Shown: positions 63,889 to 64,000 of the stretch, piece by piece
How the letters are laid out: every line of letters begins with the position of its first letter
How positions within the stretch are numbered: the first letter of the stretch is position 1
Assembly (NCBI RefSeq): GCF_964213995.1
Contig: NC_135815.1
Coordinates: forward strand, 16,306,001-16,370,000
Length of the DNA: 64,000 bases
Source: Mustelus asterias
Lineage: Eukaryota
Direction of reading: 5' to 3'
The notes under the pieces: model-generated
Databases searched by the model: none
Seen by the model: only the letters and a program-made list of their open reading frames with translations
Told to the model about the DNA's origin: nothing
Position numbers and translations under genes: made by a program

Positions 63889-64000
63889 CTCACTCACACC
63901 GTCAATGTCCCTGAATATCATTGGAGTGTCTCTCAGTGACCTCACTCACACTGTCAATGTCCCTGAATATCATTGGAGTGTCTCTCAGTGACCTCACTCA
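63889..64000 (+). repeat. 52-bp tandem repeat, at least 2 copies, running off the window end
   Basis: ctcactcacac(c/t)gtcaatgtccctgaatatcattggagtgtctctcagtgac at 63889-63940 and 63941-63992, with a third copy starting at 63993. Confidence 0.92.

Noticed and set aside
63889-64000. Possible CRISPR-like repeat
   Set aside because: Units are head to tail with no unique spacers, there are no cas genes, and the context is a vertebrate intron.
53040-64000. Search for the upstream exon carrying the first part of the TB domain (CCC..G.AWG..CE.CP)
   Set aside because: Not found by eye; it probably lies beyond the window, so it is not annotated.

Overview
Eukaryotic, repeat-dense genomic DNA from a cartilaginous fish, most likely a shark: the dominant repeat is the elasmobranch HE1 V-SINE together with HER1/CR1-type LINEs. 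The whole window lies inside one minus-strand gene of the latent TGF-beta binding protein family, closest to LTBP1 by comparison with remembered human sequences. I traced 11 GT-AG exons (1314 nt, 438 codons, continuous frame): the end of an 8-Cys/TB domain plus the hinge (52796-53038), a 23-nt micro-exon, two more hinge exons and seven phase-1 calcium-binding EGF exons. The gene continues past both window edges. The introns hold about 40 HE1 copies (manual count) with two different 3' tails, a near-full CR1 LINE, decayed Gypsy, RTE and Rex1/Babar elements, solo LTRs, a hAT-Tip100 deletion derivative, PIF/Harbinger-like MITEs and Penelope-like termini carrying minimal hammerhead ribozymes. The best leads are: (1) a SINE that appears to have inserted into a splice donor and now supplies that donor from its own tail; (2) an internal acceptor predicting a shark counterpart of the human LTBP1 delta-53 isoform; (3) hammerhead ribozyme cores on the pre-mRNA strand; (4) SINE tail swapping between two LINE partners. 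No prokaryotic, CRISPR or viral system is supported. Repeat boundaries are approximate, and family names come from recognition rather than database searches.
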